NCBI GenBank assembly: GCA_031409655.1
Contig: JANNXQ010000064.1
Span: 1-29,854, forward strand
DNA length: 29,854 nt
Origin: Chthoniobacteraceae bacterium
GTDB taxonomy: Bacteria > Verrucomicrobiota > Verrucomicrobiia > Chthoniobacterales > Chthoniobacteraceae
Direction of reading: 5' to 3'
A program made the position numbers and the translations under genes. Positions 1 through 8,475 of the stretch are shown here, piece by piece (within the stretch, counting starts at the first letter, position 1; each line of letters begins with the position of its first letter). The notes below the pieces were generated by a model. The model did not search any database. It saw nothing but the letters and a program-made list of their open reading frames with translations, and was not told the DNA's origin.

Positions 1-470
1 AGTTTATTGATCGCGTCGCCGAGTTCCATGCGCTCCGTGGATTCGCCGTCGATCTTCACGATCTGATCTCCCGGCAACAGCCCGGCCCGGAAGCCCGGCG
101 TGTCCTCCATCGGCGAGACGACGACGATGTTTCCCTCCCGCAGCGTGACCACGACGCCGAGTCCCCCGAAGCGGCTGTTCGTGTCGTCCTGCATCCCTTT
201 GAAATCCTTCTGCTCCATGAATTGCGAATGCGGATCGAGACTCGAGAGCATGCCCTTCAGCGCGGCGTGCGTGAGTTGGTCGTAGCTCACCTTCTTGTCG
301 TCCACATAGTCCTGCCGGATGAGCTGCAGGGCCCGCGCAAAAACGGCGATATTCGCGTAGCCAGCATCGTCCTTCTCCGGCGCAGCGACGGCACGATAGA
401 CGTGCATGCCGAGCGCAAGATTCGCGACGAGGGCGAGAAGGGCGAGGGACTGGAAGAGCCGCTTTTTCAT
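1..470 (-). CDS. ctpA: S41 family carboxyl-terminal processing protease, N-terminal part (runs off the left edge)
   Basis: Absent from ORF track; hand-translated from ATG at 470: MKKRLFQSLALLALVANLALG...IRQDYVD...ALKGMLSSLDPHSQFM...FGGLGVVV...VVSPMEDTPGFRAGLLPGDQIVKIDG, i.e. signal/anchor, LDPHS motif and PDZ domain typical of CtpA/Prc. Confidence 0.9.
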   Translation of the reverse strand, partial: MKKRLFQSLALLALVANLALGMHVYRAVAAPEKDDAGYANIAVFARALQLIRQDYVDDKKVSYDQLTHAALKGMLSSLDPHSQFMEQKDFKGMQDDTNSRFGGLGVVVTLREGNIVVVSPMEDTPGFRAGLLPGDQIVKIDGESTERMELGDAINK

Positions 471-477
471 GGCGCGA

Positions 478-505
478 AAGTTAACACGCGATCCTTCGAT
501 GTAAA
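478..505 (-). promoter_or_regulatory. sigma70-like promoter, probably leaderless, for the S41 protease gene
   Basis: Minus strand TTTACA-N16-TAACTT with extended -10 TG; 7 nt between -10 box and ATG at 470; no Shine-Dalgarno. Confidence 0.45.
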
Positions 506-542
506 TGCGCTCGCCCAGAGGCAGGGTCAGAGCGGCGATTTT

Positions 543-559
543 GAACGAAGACTTCGTTC
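543..559. promoter_or_regulatory. perfect 17-bp palindrome, candidate operator
   Basis: GAACGAAG-A-CTTCGTTC in the divergent intergenic region, 30 bp before the ATG at 590. Confidence 0.35.
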
Positions 560-589
560 TGGCCGCGGTTATCGTGGGGATTGCAAACC

Positions 590-3500
590 ATGTTGCCTTT
601 CCGCCTCCCTACGTTCCTCGTCACTGCGCTTGCTGCCGCCAGTTCGTGCGTGGCCGCCGATCCGGATTTCAATCGCGAGGTGCGGCCGATCCTCTCGAAC
701 TACTGTTTTAAGTGTCACGGACCGGACGACAAGACGCGCAAGGCAAAGTTGCGCTTCGATGTGCGCGAGAGCGCGCTGCGGGAAGCGGACTCGGGGGCGA
801 AGGTGATCGAGCCTGGCAAACCGGACGCCAGCGATTTGATCGCGCGCATTCACTCAAAAGATCCCGACGAAGTGATGCCGCCGCCCTCGATGAAGAAGGA
901 ACTCAACGAGGCGCAGTGCGACATCCTGCGGCGCTGGATCGCGGCGGGAGCGAAGTATGAAGCACACTGGTCCTTCGTGAAGCCAACGCGTCCGGCGCTG
1001 CCGGAAATCCGAGATCCGAAATCCGAAATCCGAAATCCGATCGACGCGTTCGTAAGTGCGCGGCTGGAGAAGGAAGGGCTCGCACCGTCGCCGGAGGCGG
1101 ATCGCCGCACGCTGGTCCGGCGCGTGGCGTTCGACTTGATCGGCCTGCCGCCGACTCCGGAAGAGGTGGACGCGTTTGTGAACGACGCCGCGCCGGGTGC
1201 TTATGCGCGACTCGTGGATCGCATGCTCGCCACGCCGAGCTACGCCGAACGGTGGACGCGGAAGTGGCTCGATCTGGCCCGCTACGCGGATACGAACGGC
1301 TACGAGAAGGATCGCTCTCGCAGCATCTGGCCGTTTCGCGATTGGGTGATCTCCGCGATCGATGCGGACATGCCATTCGATCAGTTCACCATCGAGCAAA
1401 TCGCCGGCGACCTCCTCCCGAAGGCGACGCCACCGCAGATCGTGGCCACGGGGTTTCACCGCAATACGATGCTGAATGAGGAGGGCGGCATCGATCCGCT
1501 GGAGTTCCGCTTTCACGCTGTGACGGATCGCGTGGCGACCACGGGCAAGACGTGGCTCGGACTCACGACTGGTTGCGCGCAGTGCCACACCCATAAGTAC
1601 GATCCCATCCAGCACCGCGAGTATTACGCGATGTTTGCCCTGCTCAATAATGCGGACGAGCCGGAGTACGATCTGCCCGACGCCGGAGCCGCCGAGCGCC
1701 AGAAGGCGAAAGCTGTCCGTGCGGGAGAGTTGCTCGCAGCATTGCCTGACAAATGGCCGGTGGAGAAGGCGGGCTCCACGAGTGACGTTGATCGCACGCC
1801 GCGCGAGGTGGCGGAGGGAAAGTTTGAGGAGTGGCTCGGTCGCGAACGAGCGCGCACGGTGACGTGGACGGCGCTGCGTCCGACGGAGGTAAAATCCAAT
1901 CTGCCGCTGCTCACGGTCCAGCAGGACGCCTCCATCCTGAGCAGTGGCGACATCTCGAAGACCGATACCTACGACCTCAAGTTCACCGAGATCCCGCAGG
2001 GCGTGACGGCGATCCGGCTTGAGGCGCTGCCGGACGACAGCCTGCCTGGGCACGGCCCCGGCATGGGCTACTACGAAGGGCCGCGGGGCGATTTCTTCCT
2101 GGGTGAATTTCAAGTCAGCGCGGATGGGCAGGCGGTGAAGTTCACGCAGGCAACCGAGAGCTACGCAAAGAATAACTTTGGCAAAAATCCCGCCAGCGCC
2201 GCGGCGGCGACGGATGGTGACCCGCAGACTGGCTGGACTTGCGCAGACCGTTTCGGCGAAGCGCATGAGGCGGTCTTCATCCCGGCAGCGCCGATCCGCG
2301 CGCAGACCCTCGATCTCAAGATGCTCTTCGGTCGGCACTACGCGTGCTCGCTCGGCCGCTTCCGCATCTCGGTGACCACCGATCCGCGCGGCGCGGAAGC
2401 CCGCGATCTGGGTGACGAGTTGGAGCCACTGCTGGCGATCCCTGACGCGAAGCTCAGCGCCAGCCAGCGGGAGAAATTGCGCGGACAATTCCTCCTCACC
2501 GCACCCGAGCTGAAAGCCGCGCGCGCCGAGATCGAGAAACTCCGGAAGCCGGAACCCGCCACCACGACGCTCGTGCTCCGCGAGCGCCCGCCCGAGAATC
2601 CGCGCCCGACCTTCCTCCACAATCGCGGCGAGTACACGCAGCCAACCGACCGCGTGGAGCCCGGCGTTTTCGCTTTCCTCGATCCCCTGCCCGCCGGTGC
2701 CCCGCACGACCGTCTCGCCTTTGCCCGCTGGCTCGTCTCGCCGGAAAATCCGCTCACCGCCCGCGTCACGGTGAATCGCGCCTGGGCCGCATTTTTCGGC
2801 CGGGGCATCGTGCGGACGGTTGATGACTTCGGCTATCAGGGCGAGTCGCCATCGCACCCGGAGTTGCTCGACTGGCTGGCCGTCGAGTTCATGGAGCAAG
2901 GCTGGTCGATGAAGAAACTGCACCGACTCATCGTCACGAGCGCCACCTATCGGCAGTCCTCGAAAGTCACGCCCGCGCTGCTGGCGAAAGACAGCGAGAA
3001 TCGCCTGCTCGCGCGCGGACCACGCGGGCGGTTGGAGGGCGAGATGATCCGCGACGCCGCCCTGCGCATCGCCGGGCTGCTCACGGAGAAAACCGGCGGC
3101 CCGAGCGTCTTCCCGCCGCAACCGGAGGGCGTGGAGGACGCAGCCTACGGCAGCTTCAAATGGAAGCCGAGCACCGGCCCGGACCGCTATCGGCGCGGCC
3201 TCTACACCTTCACCAAACGCACCGCGCCCTACGCCATGTTCAATACCTTCGACGGCCCGAGCGGTGAGCTCTGCATCGCCCAGCGCGAAGTCTCCAACAG
3301 CCCGCTCCAGGCGCTCACCGTGCTGAACGACATCGTCTTCCTCGAAGCCGCGCAAGCGATCGGCCGCAACGTCTCCGCGCAAGCTGGAACGGACGAAGCC
3401 CGGATCGAAAACCTTGTCCGCCGCTTTTTCTCCCGGCCATCAAATCCTGAGGAACGCACCGCCCTCCTCACCTTCCTCCAAGCCCAACGCCAGCGCATCA

Positions 3501-3625
3501 AAGACCGCCAGATCGACGCCGCCACGCTGGCTGGTCCTGGGGAAGGCGACGCGCCAGAACGCGCCGCGTGGACTGCGCTCGCCCGCGCGCTTTTCAATCT
3601 CGATGAGGCGCTGACCAAAAGTTGA
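590..3625 (+). CDS. PSD1 and planctomycete cytochrome c domain protein (PSCyt1 + DUF1549 + DUF1553)
   Basis: Signal peptide, FNREVRPILSNYCFKCHGPD, MPP...WIAAGA, HWSF..P..P, NPIDAF, WLDLARYADTNG, CAQCHTHKYDPI, NPLTARVTVNR, PSHPELLDWLA, PLQALTVLN. ATG 590 preferred over TTG 581. Confidence 0.92.
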   Translation: MLPFRLPTFLVTALAAASSCVAADPDFNREVRPILSNYCFKCHGPDDKTRKAKLRFDVRESALREADSGAKVIEPGKPDASDLIARIHSKDPDEVMPPPSMKKELNEAQCDILRRWIAAGAKYEAHWSFVKPTRPALPEIRDPKSEIRNPIDAFVSARLEKEGLAPSPEADRRTLVRRVAFDLIGLPPTPEEVDAFVNDAAPGAYARLVDRMLATPSYAERWTRKWLDLARYADTNGYEKDRSRSIWPFRDWVISAIDADMPFDQFTIEQIAGDLLPKATPPQIVATGFHRNTMLNEEGGIDPLEFRFHAVTDRVATTGKTWLGLTTGCAQCHTHKYDPIQHREYYAMFALLNNADEPEYDLPDAGAAERQKAKAVRAGELLAALPDKWPVEKAGSTSDVDRTPREVAEGKFEEWLGRERARTVTWTALRPTEVKSNLPLLTVQQDASILSSGDISKTDTYDLKFTEIPQGVTAIRLEALPDDSLPGHGPGMGYYEGPRGDFFLGEFQVSADGQAVKFTQATESYAKNNFGKNPASAAAATDGDPQTGWTCADRFGEAHEAVFIPAAPIRAQTLDLKMLFGRHYACSLGRFRISVTTDPRGAEARDLGDELEPLLAIPDAKLSASQREKLRGQFLLTAPELKAARAEIEKLRKPEPATTTLVLRERPPENPRPTFLHNRGEYTQPTDRVEPGVFAFLDPLPAGAPHDRLAFARWLVSPENPLTARVTVNRAWAAFFGRGIVRTVDDFGYQGESPSHPELLDWLAVEFMEQGWSMKKLHRLIVTSATYRQSSKVTPALLAKDSENRLLARGPRGRLEGEMIRDAALRIAGLLTEKTGGPSVFPPQPEGVEDAAYGSFKWKPSTGPDRYRRGLYTFTKRTAPYAMFNTFDGPSGELCIAQREVSNSPLQALTVLNDIVFLEAAQAIGRNVSAQAGTDEARIENLVRRFFSRPSNPEERTALLTFLQAQRQRIKDRQIDAATLAGPGEGDAPERAAWTALARALFNLDEALTKS
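1004..1038 (+). repeat. tandem heptamer array (GAAATCC)x5 inside the CDS
   Basis: gaaatcc gagatcc gaaatcc gaaatcc gaaatcc, encoding EIRDPKSEIRNP. Confidence 0.9.
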
Positions 3626-3628
3626 ACC

Positions 3629-5062
3629 ATGACTGAACTCCACCCCACCTCCATCGCCCGCCGCCACTTTCTCCGCGAGTGCGGCGTCGGCATCGGGAAA
3701 ATCGCGCTCGCGTCGCTGCTGACAGATTCATTTTCAGCGCGCGCCTTTTCCGCGGCGGCGGTGAATCCGCTCGCGCCCCGGACCCCACATTTTCCCGCCA
3801 AGGCGAAGCGCGTCATCCATCTCTTCATGGCTGGTGCGCCGTCGCAGCTCGACCTCTTCGACTACAAGCCGGAGCTGGCCAAGCTCGAAGGGCAGCCGCT
3901 CCCGGCCTCGGTGATCGGGGGACAACGCTACGCTTTCATCCGGCCCGATGCGGCGGTGATGGGGCCGCGGTTTAAGTTTGCGAAGCACGGACAATCCGGC
4001 GCGGAGATCTCGGATGCGCTGCCACACCTCGCGGGGATCACGGATGAGATCTGCCTCGTGAAGTCGGTGAAGACGGATCAATTCAACCACGCGCCCGCGC
4101 AGATTTTTTTTAATACGGGCTTCTCGCAACCGGGGCGTCCCTGCCTCGGCTCGTGGGTGCTCTACGGACTCGGCGCGGAGACGCAGGAGCTGCCGGCCTT
4201 CGTGGTCATGAGCACGGGCAATGGCTTGAGCGGGGGCGCGGCGCTCTACTCCAGCGGGTTCCTGCCGACGACTTATACCGGCGTACGTTTTCGCGGGCAG
4301 GGCGATCCGATCCTCAATGTCTCCTCGCCCGCCGGCGTCGATGCGATCCTCCAACGCGACACCCTCGACCTCGTGCGCGGGCTCAATCAGCAGCGCTTCG
4401 CGGCGGAGGGCGACCCGGAGATCGCCACGCGGCTGGCCTCTTACGAGATGGCTTTCAAACTCCAGACCAGTGCGCCGGAACTCACGGATCTCCGCAGCGA
4501 GACGCAGGAGACAATAAACCTGTACGGTTGCGAACGGGAGAAGCCCTCCTTCGCCCGCGCCTGTCTGCTTGCGCGGCGGATGATCGAACGCGGGGTGCGT
4601 TTCGTGAACATCTATCACGAGGGCTGGGACGCGCACACCGACCTCGACGGCAATCACAAGAACAACTGCGAAAAGACCGACCGCGCCAGCGCCGCGCTCG
4701 TGAAGGATCTCAAACAGCGTGGGCTGCTCGACGACACTCTGGTCATCTGGGGTGGGGAATTCGGACGCACCCCGATGGTCGAGACGAATCCCTCACTCGG
4801 CCGCAAGATGGGGCGCGATCATCATCCGAGTGCCTACACGGTGTGGATGGCAGGCGGCGGGGTGAAGAGCGGAATGAGCTACGGCGCAACCGATGAGCTC
4901 GGCTTCCATGTCGTGGAAAATCCCGTCCACGTTCACGACCTCCAAGCCACGATTTTGCACCTGCTCGGGATCGATCACGAGAAGCTCACCTTTCATCATG
5001 CCGGCCGTGATTTCCGCCTGACCGATGTGCATGGTGAAGTGGTGAAGGCCCTGCTCGCCTGA
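3629..5062 (+). CDS. DUF1501 domain protein with Tat-type signal
   Basis: ARRHFL twin-arginine motif, AKRVIHLFMAGAPSQLDLFDYKP, ACLLARRMIERGVRFV, WDAH, WGGEFGRTP, RDHHP, HVHDLQATILHLLGID; 3 bp after the PSD1 gene, its usual partner. Confidence 0.92.
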   Translation: MTELHPTSIARRHFLRECGVGIGKIALASLLTDSFSARAFSAAAVNPLAPRTPHFPAKAKRVIHLFMAGAPSQLDLFDYKPELAKLEGQPLPASVIGGQRYAFIRPDAAVMGPRFKFAKHGQSGAEISDALPHLAGITDEICLVKSVKTDQFNHAPAQIFFNTGFSQPGRPCLGSWVLYGLGAETQELPAFVVMSTGNGLSGGAALYSSGFLPTTYTGVRFRGQGDPILNVSSPAGVDAILQRDTLDLVRGLNQQRFAAEGDPEIATRLASYEMAFKLQTSAPELTDLRSETQETINLYGCEREKPSFARACLLARRMIERGVRFVNIYHEGWDAHTDLDGNHKNNCEKTDRASAALVKDLKQRGLLDDTLVIWGGEFGRTPMVETNPSLGRKMGRDHHPSAYTVWMAGGGVKSGMSYGATDELGFHVVENPVHVHDLQATILHLLGIDHEKLTFHHAGRDFRLTDVHGEVVKALLA

Positions 5063-5095
5063 AACTGAACGGTTCGGTGAAGTCGGGTAGCGGAC

Positions 5096-5233
5096 TTTGG
5101 AAAACGCAGAGACGCGGAGGCGCAGACGACGCAGAGGACAAGAACATGGGCGTTTTCTCATTCCATCGCTCGATAAACGGGGTTGGGTTTCTCTCTGCGT
5201 CCTCCGCGGCTCCGCGTCTCTGCGTTTTCAAAA
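5096..5233. repeat. 138-bp imperfect palindrome built from ACGCAGAG-like 8/9-mers
   Basis: Arms 5096-5136 and 5193-5233 match at 37 of 41 positions as reverse complements; 56-nt loop. Confidence 0.9.
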
Positions 5234-5354
5234 TGCGATCGGGCCGTCGGCGCAGCCTGTGCCGTGATTGGCGCGGCGGCGGTGCATCCGGGCCAAGACT
5301 CCAGGCACTGATCTGGCATGATGCCGTGATGAATTGCAGCCCCTCCCACCGCGC

Positions 5355-6263
5355 ATGAATCCTCACTGGTCCGGCGTCTTCCCCGCCATCACCACGCAGT
5401 TGCAGCAGGACGGAGCGCTCGATCTCGATGGCACCGCGCGGCACGCGGAGGCGCTCATCGAGTCCGGCGTCACGGGCCTCGTTTTCCTCGGCTCTCTGGG
5501 TGAAAACCAAACCCTCACGGCGGAGGAAAAGCGCGTGGTGCTGCGCGCCATGGTCGGCGCGGTGCGCGGGCGCGTGCCGGTGCTCTCCGGAGTCGCAGAG
5601 GCGAGCACGGCGGAGGCGGTGCGCTATGTGCGCGATGGCGAGGCGCTGGGCGCCGATGGCTTCATGGTCATGCCCGCAATGCTCTATCGCGGCGCTCCCG
5701 AGGAGACGCTCGCCCACTTTCGCGCCGTGGCGCAGGCCACCGATCGGCCGCTGATGATTTACAACAATCCGCTCAGCTACGCGAACGACGTGACGCCGGA
5801 GATGTTCCAGCAACTTTCCGAACTACCGAACGTCGTTGCGCTCAAGGAGAGTTCCGGGGACACCCGGCGCATCACTGATCTGCGCAATACCGTCGGTGAT
5901 CGCTTCGCCATCTTCACCGGCGTGGACGATCTGCTGCTCGAGAGCGCGATCGTGGGGATCGACGGCTGGGTGGCTGGCACCGGCATCGCTTTTCCTCGGG
6001 AAAATCAGCAGCTCTGGGAGCTGACGCGCGCGGGCCGCTGGGCCGAAGCGGTCGCGCTCTACCGCTGGTTCACGCCCCTGCTCCATCTCGATGTCGGGCC
6101 GAAGTTTGTGCAGTATATCAAACTCGCGGTGCAGGAGTGCGGACTCGGGCGCGAATGGACGCGGGCGCCGCGCCTGCCGGTGAGCGGCGAGGAGCGCGAG
6201 CGGGTGCTGCGGATCATCCATACCGGCATCGCAAATCGCCCGGAACTCTTGCCCGTGTCCTAA
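5355..6263 (+). CDS. dihydrodipicolinate synthase family protein, likely 1-pyrroline-4-hydroxy-2-carboxylate deaminase (LhpC-like)
   Basis: WSGVFPAITTQ, GSLGEN, MIYNNP, VALKESSGD Schiff-base lysine, GVDDL; adjacent to a hydroxyproline epimerase. ATG 5355 chosen. Confidence 0.85.
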   Translation: MNPHWSGVFPAITTQLQQDGALDLDGTARHAEALIESGVTGLVFLGSLGENQTLTAEEKRVVLRAMVGAVRGRVPVLSGVAEASTAEAVRYVRDGEALGADGFMVMPAMLYRGAPEETLAHFRAVAQATDRPLMIYNNPLSYANDVTPEMFQQLSELPNVVALKESSGDTRRITDLRNTVGDRFAIFTGVDDLLLESAIVGIDGWVAGTGIAFPRENQQLWELTRAGRWAEAVALYRWFTPLLHLDVGPKFVQYIKLAVQECGLGREWTRAPRLPVSGEERERVLRIIHTGIANRPELLPVS

Positions 6264-6276
6264 GCGGCGCGCCGAC

Positions 6277-7218
6277 ATGCGACGCGTTCACGTTCTGGAT
6301 TCCCACACCGGCGGCGAGCCGACGCGCGTGGTCCTCGATGGCGCGCCGGATCTTGGAAACGGCACGATCGCTGAGCGGCTCGTGGTCTTCCGCGAGCAGC
6401 ACGATGACTTCCGCTTCGCCGTCGTAAATGAACCGCGCGGCTCCGAGGTCATCGTCGGCGCGCTGCTCGTCCCGCCATCCGACACGTCCTGCGCGGCGGG
6501 CGTCATCTTTTTTAACAACGTCGGCTTCCTCGGCATGTGCGGACACGGGACGATCGGCGTCATCGCGACGCTCGCGCACCTCCGCCGCATCGCCGCGGGG
6601 GAGCATCGACTGGAGACATCCGTCGGCACGGTGACGGCGACCTTGCACGAAGATGGGAGCGTCTCGGTGCTGAATGTCCCGAGCTATCGCCGCGCGCAGG
6701 CAGTGATCGTCGAGGTCCCTGGGCTTGGAAAAATCTCGGGCGACATTGCGTGGGGCGGGAATTGGTTTTTCCTCGTCGAGGAGCACGGCGAAACGCTCGC
6801 GCTCGCAAATGTCCAGCGACTCACCGAGGTCGCCACGCGCATCCGCCAGGCGGTGAATGCGCAGGGCTATCCGGAGGTCGATCACGTCGAGCTTTTCGGC
6901 CCCCCCGCGGACTCCGCAAATCATTCCCGCAACTTCGTGCTCTGCCCTGGTGGAGCCTACGACCGCTCGCCGTGCGGCACCGGCACGAGCGCAAAACTCG
7001 CGTGCCTTTTCGCCGATGGACGACTGGCGCCGGGCGACGGGTATCGGCAGGAAGGGATTGTCGGCTCGGTCTTTGAAGGGCGGGTCACAAGGCGCGGCGA
7101 CGACGTGATCCCGACGATCACCGGCCGCGCCTGGATGACCGCCGAAACGACCTTGCTCTTCGATGCAGCGGACCCTTTTTCCAGTGGCTTCACGGGCCCG
7201 GGATCGCCGGGCGCTTAG
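6277..7218 (+). CDS. 4-hydroxyproline 2-epimerase (proline racemase family)
   Basis: DSHTGGEPTR, FFNNVGFLGMCGHGTIG and DRSPCGTGTSAK with both catalytic cysteines. Confidence 0.9.
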   Translation: MRRVHVLDSHTGGEPTRVVLDGAPDLGNGTIAERLVVFREQHDDFRFAVVNEPRGSEVIVGALLVPPSDTSCAAGVIFFNNVGFLGMCGHGTIGVIATLAHLRRIAAGEHRLETSVGTVTATLHEDGSVSVLNVPSYRRAQAVIVEVPGLGKISGDIAWGGNWFFLVEEHGETLALANVQRLTEVATRIRQAVNAQGYPEVDHVELFGPPADSANHSRNFVLCPGGAYDRSPCGTGTSAKLACLFADGRLAPGDGYRQEGIVGSVFEGRVTRRGDDVIPTITGRAWMTAETTLLFDAADPFSSGFTGPGSPGA

Positions 7219-7221
7219 CCG

Positions 7222-8472
7222 ATGAGCCGGCACGTTGTCATCGTCGGCGCGGGAGTCATCGGGCTTTCCACGGCATACCATTGCGCGCGGCAAGGACATC
7301 GCGTGACGCTCATCGAGCGCCAGCCCGAGGTGCGCAACGGGTGCTCCTTTGGCAATGCTGGCATGGTGGTGCCGAGTCACTTCACGCCGCTCGCCGCGCC
7401 GGGCGCGATGGCGCAGGCGCTGCGCTGGATGTGGAATCCGGAATCGCCGTTCTACATTCAACCAAGGTTGAGCTGGGATCTGCTCGCCTGGGGCGCACAC
7501 TTTTGGCGGGCTTCGACGCCGGAACGCGCGGCGGCAGCGGCCACCGTGCTGCGCGATCTGAGTCTGCTCAGCCGGGCGGGTTTTGTGGAACTGGCGGAGA
7601 GCGGGCTCGATTTCGGACTCACCCGCCGCGGACTGCTGATGCTCTGCAAGACTCAGCAGGCGCTGGAAGAAGAAGCGCACACCGCCACGCGGGCGAATGA
7701 ACTCGGCGTGCCGGCCACGGTGCTCGATCCTCGCGCCACGGCGGCGCTCGATCCCGCCGTGACCATGGACATCGCGGGCAGCGTGCATTTTCCCATGGAC
7801 TGCCACCTCTCACCGGAGCGGTTCCTCGGGGCGCTCCATGGTTCACTGACGCGACTCGGCGTCGAATTCCGCTGGCAGACCGAGGTCACCTCCTGGCGCA
7901 CCACCGGCGATCGCCTGACCAGCGCCAGCACGCCGAGCGGAGAAGTCACGGGCGACGACTTCGTCATCTGCGGAGGTGCGTGGTCGCCGGAAGTCGCGCG
8001 CGCCCTCGGCGTGCGTCTGCCGATGCAGGCAGGCAAAGGCTACAGCCTCACGCTCCAGGAGCCGCGCGAGTTGCCGGAGCTCTGCGCCATCTTTTGCGAA
8101 GCGCGCGTCGCGGTGACTCCCATGGGCGGTACGCTGCGGATTGGCGGCACCATGGAAATCGCCGGGCTCGACGAGCGCATCAATCCACGCCGCGTGCGCG
8201 GGATCATCAAGTCGGTGCCGCGCTACTATCCCGAGTTTCGCGAGGAAGATTTCGCCGGCATCACGCCGTGGCACGGTCTGCGTCCGTGTTCGCCAGATGG
8301 CCTCCCCTACCTCGGTCGCCCCGCGCGCTGGCGGAATCTGATTTGCGCCACCGGCCACGCGATGATGGGCCTCAGCCTCGCACCCATCACCGGAAGGATC
8401 GTCGCGGAGCTTGTCGCCGAATCCCCGCCCGGCGTTTCCCTCGACTTGCTCTCGCCAGATCGCTTTGCCTGA
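7222..8472 (+). CDS. FAD-dependent D-amino acid dehydrogenase, likely D-hydroxyproline dehydrogenase
   Basis: IVGAGVIG Rossmann motif, SFGNAG, GKGYS, WHGLRPCSPDGLP, ATGHAMMGLSLAPITG; substrate inferred from operon context. Confidence 0.85.
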   Translation: MSRHVVIVGAGVIGLSTAYHCARQGHRVTLIERQPEVRNGCSFGNAGMVVPSHFTPLAAPGAMAQALRWMWNPESPFYIQPRLSWDLLAWGAHFWRASTPERAAAAATVLRDLSLLSRAGFVELAESGLDFGLTRRGLLMLCKTQQALEEEAHTATRANELGVPATVLDPRATAALDPAVTMDIAGSVHFPMDCHLSPERFLGALHGSLTRLGVEFRWQTEVTSWRTTGDRLTSASTPSGEVTGDDFVICGGAWSPEVARALGVRLPMQAGKGYSLTLQEPRELPELCAIFCEARVAVTPMGGTLRIGGTMEIAGLDERINPRRVRGIIKSVPRYYPEFREEDFAGITPWHGLRPCSPDGLPYLGRPARWRNLICATGHAMMGLSLAPITGRIVAELVAESPPGVSLDLLSPDRFA

Positions 8473-8475
8473 TCG

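Noticed and set aside
854..3382. 842-aa antisense ORF, and similar long ones at 6214-7806, 11752-13044, 14817-16151, 19265-21841, 26316-28064, 28316-29467
   Set aside because: They shadow well-supported genes on the opposite strand and carry no recognisable motifs; expected from strong GC3 bias.
4104..4111. T8 run in the DUF1501 gene as a phase-variation tract
   Set aside because: Short and explained by Ile-Phe-Phe codons in a conserved region.
5303..5318. AGGCAC-N5-TGGCA as a sigma54 promoter for the hydroxyproline genes
   Set aside because: Spacing fits but both halves deviate from consensus; plausible by chance in GC-rich DNA.
5077..5358. 93-aa ORF (and 5158-5349 minus) across the palindrome
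   Set aside because: Peptides such as TQRRGGADDAE and SASSAAPRLCV are translations of the repeat arms; no other coding evidence.
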